A stretch of 64,000 bases of DNA from contig JBBFKW010000003.1 in NCBI GenBank assembly GCA_037481835.1, positions 96,001 to 160,000 on the forward strand, given 5' to 3'. The notes under the pieces were generated by a model. It had not been told where the DNA came from. It saw only the letters and a program-made list of their open reading frames with translations, and ran no database searches. A program made the position numbers and the translations under genes. Shown piece after piece: positions 41,904-52,328 of the stretch. Position 1 is the first letter of the stretch. The number at the start of each line of letters is the position of its first letter. Source of the DNA: Desulfosoma sp. (GTDB lineage Bacteria > Desulfobacterota > Syntrophobacteria > Syntrophobacterales > DSM-9756).

Positions 41904-42449
41904 ATGAATCCCTTGGAAACCTTTTTGCTTGCCGTCGCCCTGGGCTGTGATGCTTTCGCCGTCGGCCTGGGGGTGGGCACCCGGTTCTGTGCCCCGCGCC
42001 AGATCTTCCGCCTCGCCTTTCATTTCGGCCTCTTCCAGTTCGCCATGCCTCTTCTGGGCTGGGCCATGGGGTTGTACCTCGTGGGTTTGATCCGCACGTG
42101 GGGCCCGTGGCTCGCTTTTTTTCTTCTTGTTTTCATCGGGGTCAAAATGGCTTATGAAAGCCTGCGGGGCGAAGAGACGTCGGAGGTGTGCGCGGATCCC
42201 ACGCGGGGCATGAGCCTCGTGGTGCTGTCCCTGGCCACCAGCATGGACGCCTTGGGGGTCGGCTTCAGCTTGGGGATCCTGGGGCGGCAGCTCCTGGGTG
42301 CGGCGGTGGTCATCGGGCTGACCGCCGCGGCCATGACGTGGGCGGCCATGCGCATCGGAAACCGCCTTTCCGTTCTGTGGGGCCGGCGCATGGGCGTCTT
42401 CGGCGGCGCGGTGCTCATCGCCATCGCCTTTAAGCTCCTTTTGGGATGA
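41904..42449 (+). CDS. mntP: manganese efflux pump MntP family
   Basis: ALGCDAFAV, FGLFQ..MP..GW and ATSMDAL.VG motifs. Confidence 0.88.
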   Translation: MNPLETFLLAVALGCDAFAVGLGVGTRFCAPRQIFRLAFHFGLFQFAMPLLGWAMGLYLVGLIRTWGPWLAFFLLVFIGVKMAYESLRGEETSEVCADPTRGMSLVVLSLATSMDALGVGFSLGILGRQLLGAAVVIGLTAAAMTWAAMRIGNRLSVLWGRRMGVFGGAVLIAIAFKLLLG

Positions 42450-42475
42450 ACCTTTGCGAAACCGATGGGGATCCT

Positions 42476-45472
42476 ATGGCGGTCAGACTGGAAATCGCAC
42501 TGAAGCCGCATCTTTTCGATGCCGAAGGCTCGGAACTGTGTCGAAAGATTCGGGATTATTTCGGATGGCACGTGGGAAGCGCCCGCGTGATCCGCGTGCT
42601 CATGCTGGAGACGACCCTGGAGCCCGAGGTGTTGGAAGCGATTAGAAGGGAAATCTTCACCAATCCCGTATCCCAGGTGTCTTCCTTCCGACCGCTGGCT
42701 TCGGCCGACGACTTTCAGTGGGCCGTCTGGGTGGGGTATCGCCCCGGGGTGCGGGATACGGCGGGCAGCGTGGCCTTGGAAGCCATCGCCGACTTCACGG
42801 GGCGGCCTTTGGGAAAAGAAGAGGCGGCCTACACTTCCAAGATCTACCTGCTCCGGGACGCACCCCTGCAGAGGGCCCAGGTGGAGACCATCGCCCGGGA
42901 GCTCTTGGCCAACGACATCATCCAGCAGTGGCGCATCTACGCCCGTGAGGAATGGAACGCCGAGGAGGGTATCGGGCTGATCTGCCCCAAGGTGGCCCTG
43001 CGTCACAGCCCCACGGTGGAAAGGATCGCCATCGACAGTGACGAGCACCTGCAGGCTCTGAGCGATGCGCGCAATCTGGCGCTGAACCCTCGAGACATCC
43101 CCGTCATCCGCCGCTACTTTCTCCGCCCGGATGTGCTCCAGGAAAGGGCCCAGGTGGGCTTGGATCTTCCCACCGACGTGGAGTTGGAAGCCATCAGCCA
43201 GGCCCGAAGCGACCATTGCAACCACAACACGTTCCGCGGCCGTTTTTTTTACAAGGACCTGGACACGGGCCGGGAAACCCTTGTGGACAATCTTTTCAAG
43301 ACCTGTATCGAAGCCCCCACGTTGGCCGTCAAGGCCCAAAAGGACTGGGTCGTCTCGGTGTTGTGGGACAACGCCGGTGCGGCCCGGTTCGACGACGACC
43401 ACCTCTATGTGATCACGGGGGAAACCCATAACAGCCCGTCCACCATGGAAGCCTACGGCGGGGCCCTCACGGGGATCGTGGGCGTGTATCGAGACCCCAT
43501 GGGCACCGGCAAGGGATCCCGGCTCATCGCCGGCCTTTACGGCTACTGCGTGGGGCCTCGCGATTACGCCGGACCCCTTCGCCCGCACCTCCATCCCAAA
43601 AGGCTCCTGGACGGGGTGGTGGAAGGGGTGCGGGACGGCGGCAACAAACACGGGGTGCCGACGGTCTTCGGAAACCTTTTCTACCACCCGTCGTATTTGG
43701 GCAAATGCTTGGTCTTCGTCGCCGCCCTCGGGATCATGCCCCGGGAAATCCACGGGGAACCCGCGGAACAGAAAAGGCCCGAGCCCGGGGATATCATCAT
43801 CATGGCCGGGGGCCGCGTGGGCAAGGACGGCATCCACGGGGTGACGGCGTCCAGCGAAAGCTACAGCGAACACACTCCGGCGGGGCACGTGCAGATCGGC
43901 GACCCGTACACCCAGAAAAAAATGCACGATTTTCTGCTGGAAGCCCGGGACGAAGGCTTGATCACCTTCATTACGGACAACGGAGGCGGAGGCCTGTCTT
44001 CCTCCGTCGGGGAATCGGCCCACATGGCCGGGGGCGCTTACGTGGAACTGGATCGCGTGCCGCTCAAGTACGAAGGCCTGGATGTGTGGGAAATTTGGGT
44101 GTCCGAATCCCAGGAACGGATGACGGTGGCGGTGCGCCCGGAAAACCTGGACCGGTTCATGGCCTTGGCGGCGCTCCATGAAGTGGAATGCACCGCCATC
44201 GGCCGCTACGAAGCGAGCGGGAAGCTCCACCTGACCTATCGCGGGAAAACGTGCGCGTATTTGGATCTGAGCTTCTTCCGGGAGGATTTTCCCCAGTGGG
44301 AATTCCACGCCCACTGGCGCTCCCCGGAATCCCGAGGGCTCACGGAACCCGTGATGAGCGAGCCCAGGGACTACGGGCGGCTCCTGGCCGATCTCTTGGC
44401 CTCGCCCAACCTGTGCAGCCGCGAATGGATCCAACGCCAGTACGACCACGAGGTGCAGGGCACCAGCGTGGTGAAGTTTCTCGTCGGCCGCAGCCGCGAC
44501 GTTCCAAACGATGCGGCGGTCCTTCGCCCCGTGCTGAACTCCCGGCGGGGTCTTGCCGTCACCCAGGCCCTCCATCCCACCTACGGCCGGATCGACACCT
44601 ACCACATGGTGGAGGCCTCCATCGACGAGTGCGTGCGCCGACTCGTGGCTGTGGGCGGCGTTCTGGACGAAATCGGCGGTGTGGACAACTTCTGTTGGCC
44701 GTCCATCCAGCACGACGACCGCAAGAATCCTGACGGGCGCTACAAGGCGGCCCAGCTCGTACGCGCCAACTGGGCCTTGAAGGATATGTGTCTCGCCTAC
44801 GGCATCCCCCTTCTTTCGGGAAAAGACAGCATGTACGTGGACGGGCATCTGCCCGGGACCTTCGGGGAACGCCACAAGGTCTCGGGGCTGCCGACCATGC
44901 TGTTTACGGCTGTGACGACCGTGGAAGACATCCTGCACTGCCTGACCATGGACGCCAAGATGCCCGGCGACTGGGTCTACGTGCTGGGGACCACCCACCA
45001 CGAGTTGGGAGGTTCGGAATATTATGAAAAATTCGGCTACGTGGGCCTGACGGTCCCCAAGGCCGACCCGGCGGGCTTCTTGAATCTCTATCGAGCGGTG
45101 GAAGCCGCCGTTCGGGAGGGGCTTCTGGCGTCGTGCCGTGCCGTCGGCCGTGGCGGCCTCGCGGTCCATGGAGCCCTGAAAGCTCTGGCCGGCAACCTCG
45201 GCATGGAATGGGATCTCGGCGCCGTGCCCGTCTCAGGCGACCTTTCGCCGGCGGCGGTGCTCTTCAGCGAATCCTTGGGGCGCTTTTTGGTGACAGTGCC
45301 GCCGGATCGGCGCGCCGCCTTCGAAGCCCATTTCAAGGGCTATCCCGTGGGCTGTGTGGGGCGGGTCATGGAAGAGCCCGTGTTCGTGGTTCGGGATATG
45401 TCCGGCCGGGAAATTCTCCGGGAGGACCTGGAGGCTTTGGGCAGCGCATGGAGATCTGGGGCGCTGGGATGA
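42476..45472 (+). CDS. purL: phosphoribosylformylglycinamidine synthase, synthetase subunit with N-terminal PurS-like region
   Basis: SDHCNH, ETHNSPS, VQIGDP, D.GGGG, QYDHEVQ, SGKDS and FSES motifs. Confidence 0.93.
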   Translation: MAVRLEIALKPHLFDAEGSELCRKIRDYFGWHVGSARVIRVLMLETTLEPEVLEAIRREIFTNPVSQVSSFRPLASADDFQWAVWVGYRPGVRDTAGSVALEAIADFTGRPLGKEEAAYTSKIYLLRDAPLQRAQVETIARELLANDIIQQWRIYAREEWNAEEGIGLICPKVALRHSPTVERIAIDSDEHLQALSDARNLALNPRDIPVIRRYFLRPDVLQERAQVGLDLPTDVELEAISQARSDHCNHNTFRGRFFYKDLDTGRETLVDNLFKTCIEAPTLAVKAQKDWVVSVLWDNAGAARFDDDHLYVITGETHNSPSTMEAYGGALTGIVGVYRDPMGTGKGSRLIAGLYGYCVGPRDYAGPLRPHLHPKRLLDGVVEGVRDGGNKHGVPTVFGNLFYHPSYLGKCLVFVAALGIMPREIHGEPAEQKRPEPGDIIIMAGGRVGKDGIHGVTASSESYSEHTPAGHVQIGDPYTQKKMHDFLLEARDEGLITFITDNGGGGLSSSVGESAHMAGGAYVELDRVPLKYEGLDVWEIWVSESQERMTVAVRPENLDRFMALAALHEVECTAIGRYEASGKLHLTYRGKTCAYLDLSFFREDFPQWEFHAHWRSPESRGLTEPVMSEPRDYGRLLADLLASPNLCSREWIQRQYDHEVQGTSVVKFLVGRSRDVPNDAAVLRPVLNSRRGLAVTQALHPTYGRIDTYHMVEASIDECVRRLVAVGGVLDEIGGVDNFCWPSIQHDDRKNPDGRYKAAQLVRANWALKDMCLAYGIPLLSGKDSMYVDGHLPGTFGERHKVSGLPTMLFTAVTTVEDILHCLTMDAKMPGDWVYVLGTTHHELGGSEYYEKFGYVGLTVPKADPAGFLNLYRAVEAAVREGLLASCRAVGRGGLAVHGALKALAGNLGMEWDLGAVPVSGDLSPAAVLFSESLGRFLVTVPPDRRAAFEAHFKGYPVGCVGRVMEEPVFVVRDMSGREILREDLEALGSAWRSGALG

Positions 45473-45602
45473 AAGAGATGCGGCCGCACCAGGCCACAGC
45501 GCGCCGCGGAGAGACGATGAAAACCTCCGGTTGGGGGAAGCGGGGCGGACGGCTGGGGAGGTCGTGGAGGATTGGATCCGCGGCAAAAGGGCGGGGGACG
45601 GA

Positions 45603-46427
45603 ATGAAAGATGTTCGGGCGTTGGTCCTTACCGGCTTTGGGCTCAACTGCGACTGGGAAACGGCGCACATCCTGGAAGCGGCCGGCGCCCGAGCCGACCG
45701 GGTGCATCTCAATCGGCTGATTTCCGGCGCGACGAGCCTGCGCACCTACCATATTTTCGTCATCGGGGGCGGTTTTTCCTGGGCGGACGACCATGGGGCC
45801 GGGGTCATTCTCGCCATGCGGTTGAAACACCGCCTGCGCGACGAGATCCTCGCCTTTGTGGAACGGGGCGGCTTGGTCATGGGGATCTGCAACGGTTTCC
45901 AGGTGCTGGTGAACACGGGGCTCCTTCCGGGCTTTGAGCCCGGCCGGTTGTCCCGCCAGGTGGCCCTGATCGACAACGACTGCGGCCGGTTCCGGGACCA
46001 ATGGGTCCACTGCGTCTTTGAAGCGTCCTCACCGTGCGTCTTCACCCGAGGCCTCGAGGCCATGGACCTTCCCGTGCGCCACGGCGAAGGCAAATTCTTT
46101 GCCGAACCCGAAGTCCTCCGTCGGCTGGAAGAAAACCATCAGGTGGTCGTGCGCTACGCCTTTCCCGACGGTCGGCCCGCCCACGGGGCCTTTCCGGAAA
46201 ACCCCAACGGATCCCTGCACGACATTGCGGGCATCTGCGATGCCACCGGGCGCATCTTCGGGCTCATGCCGCACCCGGAAGCGTTCCACCATTGGACGAA
46301 TCACCCGGATTGGACGTGGGAAAAGGAACGATACCGGCGGGCCGGCCTGCCTTTCCCGGAACAGGGGGCCGGAGTGGACCTTTTCCGCAATGCCGTGGAC
46401 TACGTGCGAAAGCAAGGAGTGTCGTGA
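45603..46427 (+). CDS. purQ: phosphoribosylformylglycinamidine synthase, glutaminase subunit
   Basis: GGFSWAD, GICNGFQ, HGEG, NPNGS and MPHPE motifs. Confidence 0.93.
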   Translation: MKDVRALVLTGFGLNCDWETAHILEAAGARADRVHLNRLISGATSLRTYHIFVIGGGFSWADDHGAGVILAMRLKHRLRDEILAFVERGGLVMGICNGFQVLVNTGLLPGFEPGRLSRQVALIDNDCGRFRDQWVHCVFEASSPCVFTRGLEAMDLPVRHGEGKFFAEPEVLRRLEENHQVVVRYAFPDGRPAHGAFPENPNGSLHDIAGICDATGRIFGLMPHPEAFHHWTNHPDWTWEKERYRRAGLPFPEQGAGVDLFRNAVDYVRKQGVS

Positions 46428-47317
46428 TGTCCTCCCATACCCAGGGTCATGAGGAAAGCGGCGCCCCGCCCCGCCCCGTCCCTTCGGGGCCATCAGGGCG
46501 GTTGCGCGTCGCCGTCCTGGTTTCCGGCGGCGGGACCAACCTCCAAGCCCTCATCGACTGGGCCAAGCAGGGCAGGCTGGAAGCCGACATCGCCTGCGTG
46601 GGAAGCGATCGGGCTTCGGCGTACGGTTTGGTTCGAGCGCACCAAGCGGGGATTCCCACTTTCGTCGTCTCCTACGAAAAATACCTGAAGGGGCCTCTTG
46701 ACGAACCCGCCGACGAGGCCCTCATCGCCTCCGTGGATGCCCGCCAAAGGATCCTTCACGATCCGGACGGGGAATCCCGCCGCGATCGGCTCCGGCGCCT
46801 CATCGCCGCCGAAAAGGAAATCATCGCCCACCTGGAGACCCACGGGGCGGATCTGGTGTGCCTTGCCGGCTTCATGCGCCTGCTCACCCCGTTTTTCCTC
46901 GGCCGCTTCCGGCGAAACGACCGTCCCGGGGTCGTGAACATCCATCCGGCCCTTTTGCCCGCCTTTCCCGGCCAACACGGCTACCGCGACACCTACCGTT
47001 ACGGGTGCAAATGGGGCGGCATCACCATTCACTTCGTGGACGAAGGGGAAGATACGGGGCCGGTCATCGCCCAGGCCGTCTACCCCATCTGGGACGAGGA
47101 CGCCTGCGAGGATGTGCAGCAGCGCGGTCTGCACCTGGAACACATCATGTACGCCCAGGTGATCAACTGGATCGCCCGGGACAGGGTGCGGCTCGTGCCC
47201 CGCCCGGGGGGCCGGCCCCGCGTGTGCATCGAAGACCCGCTCTACCGCGAAGTGGTGGGATCCTGGGTGGAAGCGGCCTTTCGCACCAACCTCGACGTGG
47301 AACTGCGCCGCACCTGA
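46427..47317 (+). CDS. purN: phosphoribosylglycinamide formyltransferase with internal insertion
   Basis: VLVSGGGTNLQA, LAGFMR, NIHPALLP and HFVD...DTGP motifs; TGATG overlap with purQ. Confidence 0.9.
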   Translation: MSSHTQGHEESGAPPRPVPSGPSGRLRVAVLVSGGGTNLQALIDWAKQGRLEADIACVGSDRASAYGLVRAHQAGIPTFVVSYEKYLKGPLDEPADEALIASVDARQRILHDPDGESRRDRLRRLIAAEKEIIAHLETHGADLVCLAGFMRLLTPFFLGRFRRNDRPGVVNIHPALLPAFPGQHGYRDTYRYGCKWGGITIHFVDEGEDTGPVIAQAVYPIWDEDACEDVQQRGLHLEHIMYAQVINWIARDRVRLVPRPGGRPRVCIEDPLYREVVGSWVEAAFRTNLDVELRRT

Positions 47318-47340
47318 AGGGCAAGCTCCTTTGTCCCCAG

Positions 47341-47709
47341 GAGCGTGTCCGACAATGGCCATGGGCAATGTTGCTATGGAAATGGAGGTTAGAGCCTCGA
47401 AAGGGCGGGGTCTCAGTGTTCGTTGTCTCGTCGGAGCCGGATGAACGTTGGGGTTCGCTGCCCCGTATAACCGGGCGCGCGGTGCGCATTGACCATGTCT
47501 TGTCGGGGCCGGATGAACGTTGGGGTTCGCTGCGCTCACCCCGACCTACGGGTTGGTTGAAGCGTGTGGGCGGATATGAGTTGGGGTGAGCGAAACCAAC
47601 CTCAACACCATAGCGACGGCGCCCCCACTCGTCCCGCGCTCACTGCGGCACGGTATGGACTCCCGGTTGCGCGGGAATGGCGGCTTGACGAGTTCTCGCA
47701 CACGGCTCC
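47341..47709. mobile_element. degenerate MITE (type C) with REP cargo
   Basis: Left end GAGCGTGTCCGACAAT after CCAG; right end GTTCTCGCACACGGCTCC before CTAA. Direct repeat at 47424-47461 and 47496-47533; REPs at 47519-47549 and 47576-47606; CGTC-type hairpin at 47655-47682. Confidence 0.62.
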
Positions 47710-48864
47710 CTAAACGAGGGCTTTCACGATGCGCTCCTGCACGTCGGGTTGCAGGTAGGGATGCATGGGCAGGCTCACGATGCGCCCGGCGAGGTCTTCA
47801 CTTACGGGAAAATCGCCCACCCCGTAGCCCAACTCGGCGAAGGCGGGCTGCAGGTGAAGGGGAACGGGGTAATAGACGGCTGTGGGAATGCCCGCCTCCT
47901 GGAGCCGCTGCCGGATGGCGTCCCGCTCGTTGGAGCTCGGCGCCAGAACGGAATACTGAGCCCACACGGACTCCGCCCCCTCGGGAACCTTCTGGACCAC
48001 GAGGTCGGGGCGGAGCTCTTCCAAGAGCGCCGTGTAGCGGTCCGCCACGTTTCGGCGAAGGCGGCATTCTTCTTCGAACAAGGTCCATTTGGCGAGCAAG
48101 ACGGCGGCCTGGAGCGTATCCAGGCGGCCGTTGAGGCCGAGCCGCACGTGCTCGTACCGATGGCTTCCCTGGCCGTGGACCCGAAGCGAAAGGAGCCGCT
48201 CAGCGACGGCCTCATCGTCCGTAAAACACATGCCGCCGTCCCCATAGCCTCCCAAGGGCTTGGCGGGGAAAAACGACGTGGCGGCTCCATGACCGAATCG
48301 GCAGGCGGGCACGCCGTGCAGGCGCGCTCCGAAAGATTGGGCGGCATCTTCCAGGACGAACAGCCCTTCTTCTTCGGCGATGGTTTCCAGCTGGGGGTAG
48401 TCGGCGGGGACGCCGAAGAGATCCACCGCGATGATCCCTTTCGGCCGGGCTTCCAAGGCCGCCTCCGGAAGGGGATGGAGGGACCGATCGCCGCGCCGGA
48501 GCGCCTCCACGGCCAAGCGCAGCTTGTCCGGGTCCATGGTGAAGGTTTCCGGATCCACATCGACGAAGACGGGCACCGCGCCGACAAGGGCGATGACCTC
48601 GGCCGTGGCGATGAAGGTGAAGGGGGTGGTGAAGACCACGTGCCCACGTCCCACGCCGTAGGCCATGAGGAACATCAAGAGGGCGTCCGTGCCGGAAGCG
48701 CACCCGACGGCATGGCGGGTGCCTACGAATCGGGCCAGGGTCTGTTCCAGCTCTTCCACTTCGGGCCCGAGGATGTAGCGGCCGTGGTCCAAAACGGCGC
48801 GGATGCGCTCTTCCAGAAGAGGCCGGATGCGGCGCTGCTGGCTTTTGAGGTCGATAAAGTCCAT
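47710..48864 (-). CDS. DegT/DnrJ/EryC1/StrS family aminotransferase
   Basis: SGTDAL, FTFIAT, EDAAQSFG, SFFPAKPLGGYGDGG and SLPMHP motifs. Confidence 0.93.
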   Translation of the reverse strand: MDFIDLKSQQRRIRPLLEERIRAVLDHGRYILGPEVEELEQTLARFVGTRHAVGCASGTDALLMFLMAYGVGRGHVVFTTPFTFIATAEVIALVGAVPVFVDVDPETFTMDPDKLRLAVEALRRGDRSLHPLPEAALEARPKGIIAVDLFGVPADYPQLETIAEEEGLFVLEDAAQSFGARLHGVPACRFGHGAATSFFPAKPLGGYGDGGMCFTDDEAVAERLLSLRVHGQGSHRYEHVRLGLNGRLDTLQAAVLLAKWTLFEEECRLRRNVADRYTALLEELRPDLVVQKVPEGAESVWAQYSVLAPSSNERDAIRQRLQEAGIPTAVYYPVPLHLQPAFAELGYGVGDFPVSEDLAGRIVSLPMHPYLQPDVQERIVKALV

Positions 48865-49033
48865 GGCTGTCGTTCTCTTTCGTTGGCCGTGGCCTGAAAG
48901 GGGAATGCCCGATGTCGGCGTTCGCTCAAGAACATCGCCGTCAAAAACGCTCTTCCTTATGAGGCAACCCGGGGGTGGTGTCAATCCTTTCCCCCGCATC
49001 CCGTCACAACCCGAAATTGAGGAGGAATCGCTC

Positions 49034-49810
49034 ATGCCGGCCGTTTACGTGGAAAAAGACGGTCCCATCGCTCAGTTGGTGCTCAACAGCCCGGAAACCC
49101 GAAACGCCCTGTCTTTGGAAGTCATTCGCAGTGTGATGGATCATTTGGACGCCATCGGCCGGGATCCGGACCTGAGGGTCGTCATCCTGAGAGGGGAAGG
49201 CCCCGCCTTTTGCGCCGGCCACAACCTCAAGGACATGGTCGCCGAAGGGGCCGATATTCATCTGTACCGGGAATTGTTTTCCACCTGTTCCCAGATGATG
49301 CTTGAAATCCACAGGCTGCCCCAGCCCGTGATCGCCCAGGTGCACGGGATCGCCACAGCCGCGGGCTGCCAGCTCGTGGCGGCCTGCGATCTGGCCGTAG
49401 CGGAAACCGGCGCCCAATTCGCCACGCCGGGCGTCAAGATCGGCCTCTTTTGCACCACACCCATGGTGCCGCTGGTTCGCCTCATCGGGCGGCGCCGCGC
49501 CTTGGAAATGCTCACCACGGGGCGGTTCGTCTCCGCCCGGGAAGCCTTGGACTGGGGATTGGTGAACAAGGTGGTTCCCAAGGAAGAGCTGGCGACGGCG
49601 ACCCTGGAGCTGGCCCGAAACATCGCCCAGTACAGCCGCTATACCCTCGCCTTCGGCAAGGACGCTTTCTACCGTCAAGTCGATCTGGATGAAGGGGCCG
49701 CTTACAGCTTCGCCAAGGAAGCCATCGCCATCAACTGCCTTGCCGACGACGCTCAGGAAGGCATGCGGGCCTTCGTGGAAAAGCGTTCACCCGTCTGGCG
49801 GCATCGATAG
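49034..49810 (+). CDS. enoyl-CoA hydratase/isomerase family protein
   Basis: FCAGHNL, ATAAGCQL, TPGVKIGLFC and EGMRAF.EKR motifs. Confidence 0.92.
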   Translation: MPAVYVEKDGPIAQLVLNSPETRNALSLEVIRSVMDHLDAIGRDPDLRVVILRGEGPAFCAGHNLKDMVAEGADIHLYRELFSTCSQMMLEIHRLPQPVIAQVHGIATAAGCQLVAACDLAVAETGAQFATPGVKIGLFCTTPMVPLVRLIGRRRALEMLTTGRFVSAREALDWGLVNKVVPKEELATATLELARNIAQYSRYTLAFGKDAFYRQVDLDEGAAYSFAKEAIAINCLADDAQEGMRAFVEKRSPVWRHR

Positions 49811-49990
49811 GAAGGTGTCCGAAAATTCATGAGCCCGTTGCTCCCGCCCATGCGGGAGCCGGTATCATCTCGAACATCGCGGAGTCCCCCGGGAGAAAGC
49901 CATGCATCGGGGCGCGTGCCGGGTTTCAGAGCGCCTTGGCGCGAGGTCGAAAAGGCTCGCGCAAAGGCGCAAAGGCGCAAGAGAGAGCAT
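49811..49990. repeat. MITE left-end remnant plus REP-like palindromes
   Basis: GAAGGTGTCCGAAAAT directly after the TAG stop; CTCCCGC..GCGGGAG hairpin; GCGCCTTGGCGCGAG / CTCGCGCAAAGGCGCAAAGGCGCAA pair. Confidence 0.5.
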
Positions 49991-50030
49991 GGTGAGCGGA
50001 AACTGGACGGCGCAAGAGCGGCCATGACCG

Positions 50031-52328
50031 TCAGGGGCTTTTGACGTCCAGGGCCGAGCGCACCGTGGTGGCCAGATCCAAGGCGCCGTAGGGTTTTTTC
50101 AAAAAGGCCGCAAACCCGAGGGACCGCGCCTTGCTTTCCATTACCCCTTCCCCGTATCCGGACATGAGCACCATGGGAAGATCCGGCCGGATTTCTCGGA
50201 TGGCCTGAGCCAGCTTGGGGCCCGTGAGCTTGGGCATGGTCAAGTCCGTGATCACGAGATCCGTGGCGTCGGCATGGGCCTTGACATAGGCGAGGGCCTG
50301 TTCCGGATCGGAAAACCCGGTCACCGTGTAGCCCAAGAGCCCCAACATGTGTCGGGTCATTTCCACGAGCATGGGCTCATCATCCACCACCACGATCCGT
50401 TCCGTCCCGCGGGGCGGCGAGGACGGCTGCGCTTCGGCCCCATGGCGCTCTTTTCCCTGATGGGCTGCCGGCAAGAAGACCCGAAAGAGGCTTCCCTGCC
50501 CCGGGCGGCTTTCCACGCCCACCGCACCGCCCAAATCGCGGACGATGCCGTACACCACCGAAAGCCCCAGACCCGTGCCTTCGCCGATTTCCTTGGTGGT
50601 GAAATAGGGTTCGAAGATCCGCTCCAAAACCTCCGGGCTCATGCCGTGTCCCGTGTCCTTGACCGACAAGACGACGTATTCACCGGGGTCGAGTCCCTGG
50701 TTCTGAAGCGCCTGGCCCTCGGCCAAACGTTCCAGACTGAGACTCAGTTCCAGAACGCCACCGTCGTCACGCATGGCGTGGAACGCATTGGTGCACAGGT
50801 TGATGAGTACCTGATGCATCTGGGTAGGATCGGCCATGACCACGGGAATGTCGGCGGGGAAATTTTCGCGGATTTCGATGGTGCTCGGCAGCGTCGCTCG
50901 GAGCATTTTGACCACTTCCCGGGCCACATAACGCAGTTGCACGGGCTTGCGTTCCACTCCGGGAGACGGGCGTGAGAAGGTGAGGATCTGCTGCACGAGA
51001 TCGCGGGCCCTTTTGCTGGAGTCCACGATGTGCTGGAGGGCGTTGAGCACCTTGTCCCGATCGTGGATGTGAAGTCGGGCCAGTTCCGCGTAGCCCACGA
51101 CGGCGCCGAGGATGTTGTTGAAATCGTGGGCGATGCCGCCCGCCAGGGTCCCCAAGGCTTGCATCTTTTGGGATTGCACGACTTGGGATTCCAAAGCCCT
51201 CTGTTCCGTGACGTCCCGGTTGACGGACACCACATGGACGATAATGCCCGAGGCGCTGCGAACGGGGGTGAGCAAGACTTCAAAGAGCCGATCGCGACCG
51301 TCCTTGATGCGGGTCTTCACGTCGCCGCGCCAGACCTGCCCCGAACGGACGGTCGCCCACATGTTTTGATAAAAGGACGGCTCGTGCCTCGAGCTTTGGA
51401 GCATCCGCAGAGATCGGCCTTCCAACTCCGAAGGGTCGTAACCCGTAAGGCGCGTGAAGGCGGTGTTGGCATAGATGATTTTCCCGTCCGCCGTGGCCAC
51501 GGCGATCCCTTCGGCGGCTTGTTCCAAGGCCGTGGAAAGAAGCCGGTTTTTCTCTTCCGCCTGGACCCGGTCCGTGATGTCGGCGCTGATGCCGCCGACG
51601 GCCTCCACATTTCCGCGGGCGTCCAGGATGGGATAGAGCGTATCGCGATGCCAATACGTCATGCCGCGATGGGCGAAGGGATACTCAAAGGTGACGGCCT
51701 GTTTGGTTTCAAAGACGCGAGAGAGAAGATCCGAATAATAGGGGGCGCCCCGCGCCTCGTGAACTTCGGAGACGGTTTTTCCGAGAAAGTCTTCAGGGCT
51801 CAGACCGTAACGGTCCAACGATCTTTGATTGATGGAGGTGTAGCGCCCCTGGAGATCCAGGGTGAAGATCGTGTCTTGGGCCCATTCCACCAGCATGCGG
51901 TAGCGGTGCTCCGAGGCCTTGAGTTGCTCCAGTGTCCGGTCCAGCCTCTTCTTGAGCTCGGCCTTTTCCAGGGCTTCCTTCAAGGCCGCGGGAAGGCGCC
52001 GCATGTGTTGCTTGATGATGTAGTCGCTCAACCCCTCCTTGAGGGCCTGGACGGCCACTTCTTCCGTGCCCGTCCCCGTGACCATGACCACGGGGACGTA
52101 GGGGTCCCGTTCCTTGACCCGTCGCAGCACTTCCAAGCCGCTGGCCCACCGCACGTCGTAGTCGGTCACCACCGCCTGGAAGTCGAATTCTTTCAAGGCG
52201 CTTTCGAACGCGGCCGCGGTGGGGACCTCCACACACGCGGCTTCCGGAAATTCCTTGGCAAGGAGCCGCATCATGAGAAACCGATCGTTGGGGTTGTCGT
52301 CAACCAGCAGGATTTTCCACATGGTCAT
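50031..52328 (-). CDS. hybrid sensor kinase (REC-PAS-PAS-HisKA-HATPase-REC)
   Basis: LLVDD...TDY receiver, two PAS/PAC regions, AGGIAHDFNN, EPYFTTK..G.GTGLGL motifs and a C-terminal receiver. Confidence 0.93.
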   Translation of the reverse strand: MTMWKILLVDDNPNDRFLMMRLLAKEFPEAACVEVPTAAAFESALKEFDFQAVVTDYDVRWASGLEVLRRVKERDPYVPVVMVTGTGTEEVAVQALKEGLSDYIIKQHMRRLPAALKEALEKAELKKRLDRTLEQLKASEHRYRMLVEWAQDTIFTLDLQGRYTSINQRSLDRYGLSPEDFLGKTVSEVHEARGAPYYSDLLSRVFETKQAVTFEYPFAHRGMTYWHRDTLYPILDARGNVEAVGGISADITDRVQAEEKNRLLSTALEQAAEGIAVATADGKIIYANTAFTRLTGYDPSELEGRSLRMLQSSRHEPSFYQNMWATVRSGQVWRGDVKTRIKDGRDRLFEVLLTPVRSASGIIVHVVSVNRDVTEQRALESQVVQSQKMQALGTLAGGIAHDFNNILGAVVGYAELARLHIHDRDKVLNALQHIVDSSKRARDLVQQILTFSRPSPGVERKPVQLRYVAREVVKMLRATLPSTIEIRENFPADIPVVMADPTQMHQVLINLCTNAFHAMRDDGGVLELSLSLERLAEGQALQNQGLDPGEYVVLSVKDTGHGMSPEVLERIFEPYFTTKEIGEGTGLGLSVVYGIVRDLGGAVGVESRPGQGSLFRVFLPAAHQGKERHGAEAQPSSPPRGTERIVVVDDEPMLVEMTRHMLGLLGYTVTGFSDPEQALAYVKAHADATDLVITDLTMPKLTGPKLAQAIREIRPDLPMVLMSGYGEGVMESKARSLGFAAFLKKPYGALDLATTVRSALDVKSP

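Noticed and set aside
42152..45169. 1005-aa antisense ORF (similarly 38728..41133, 34538..36439 and 59323..62661)
   Set aside because: These are shadow ORFs opposite well-supported genes in GC-rich DNA and carry no recognisable motifs.
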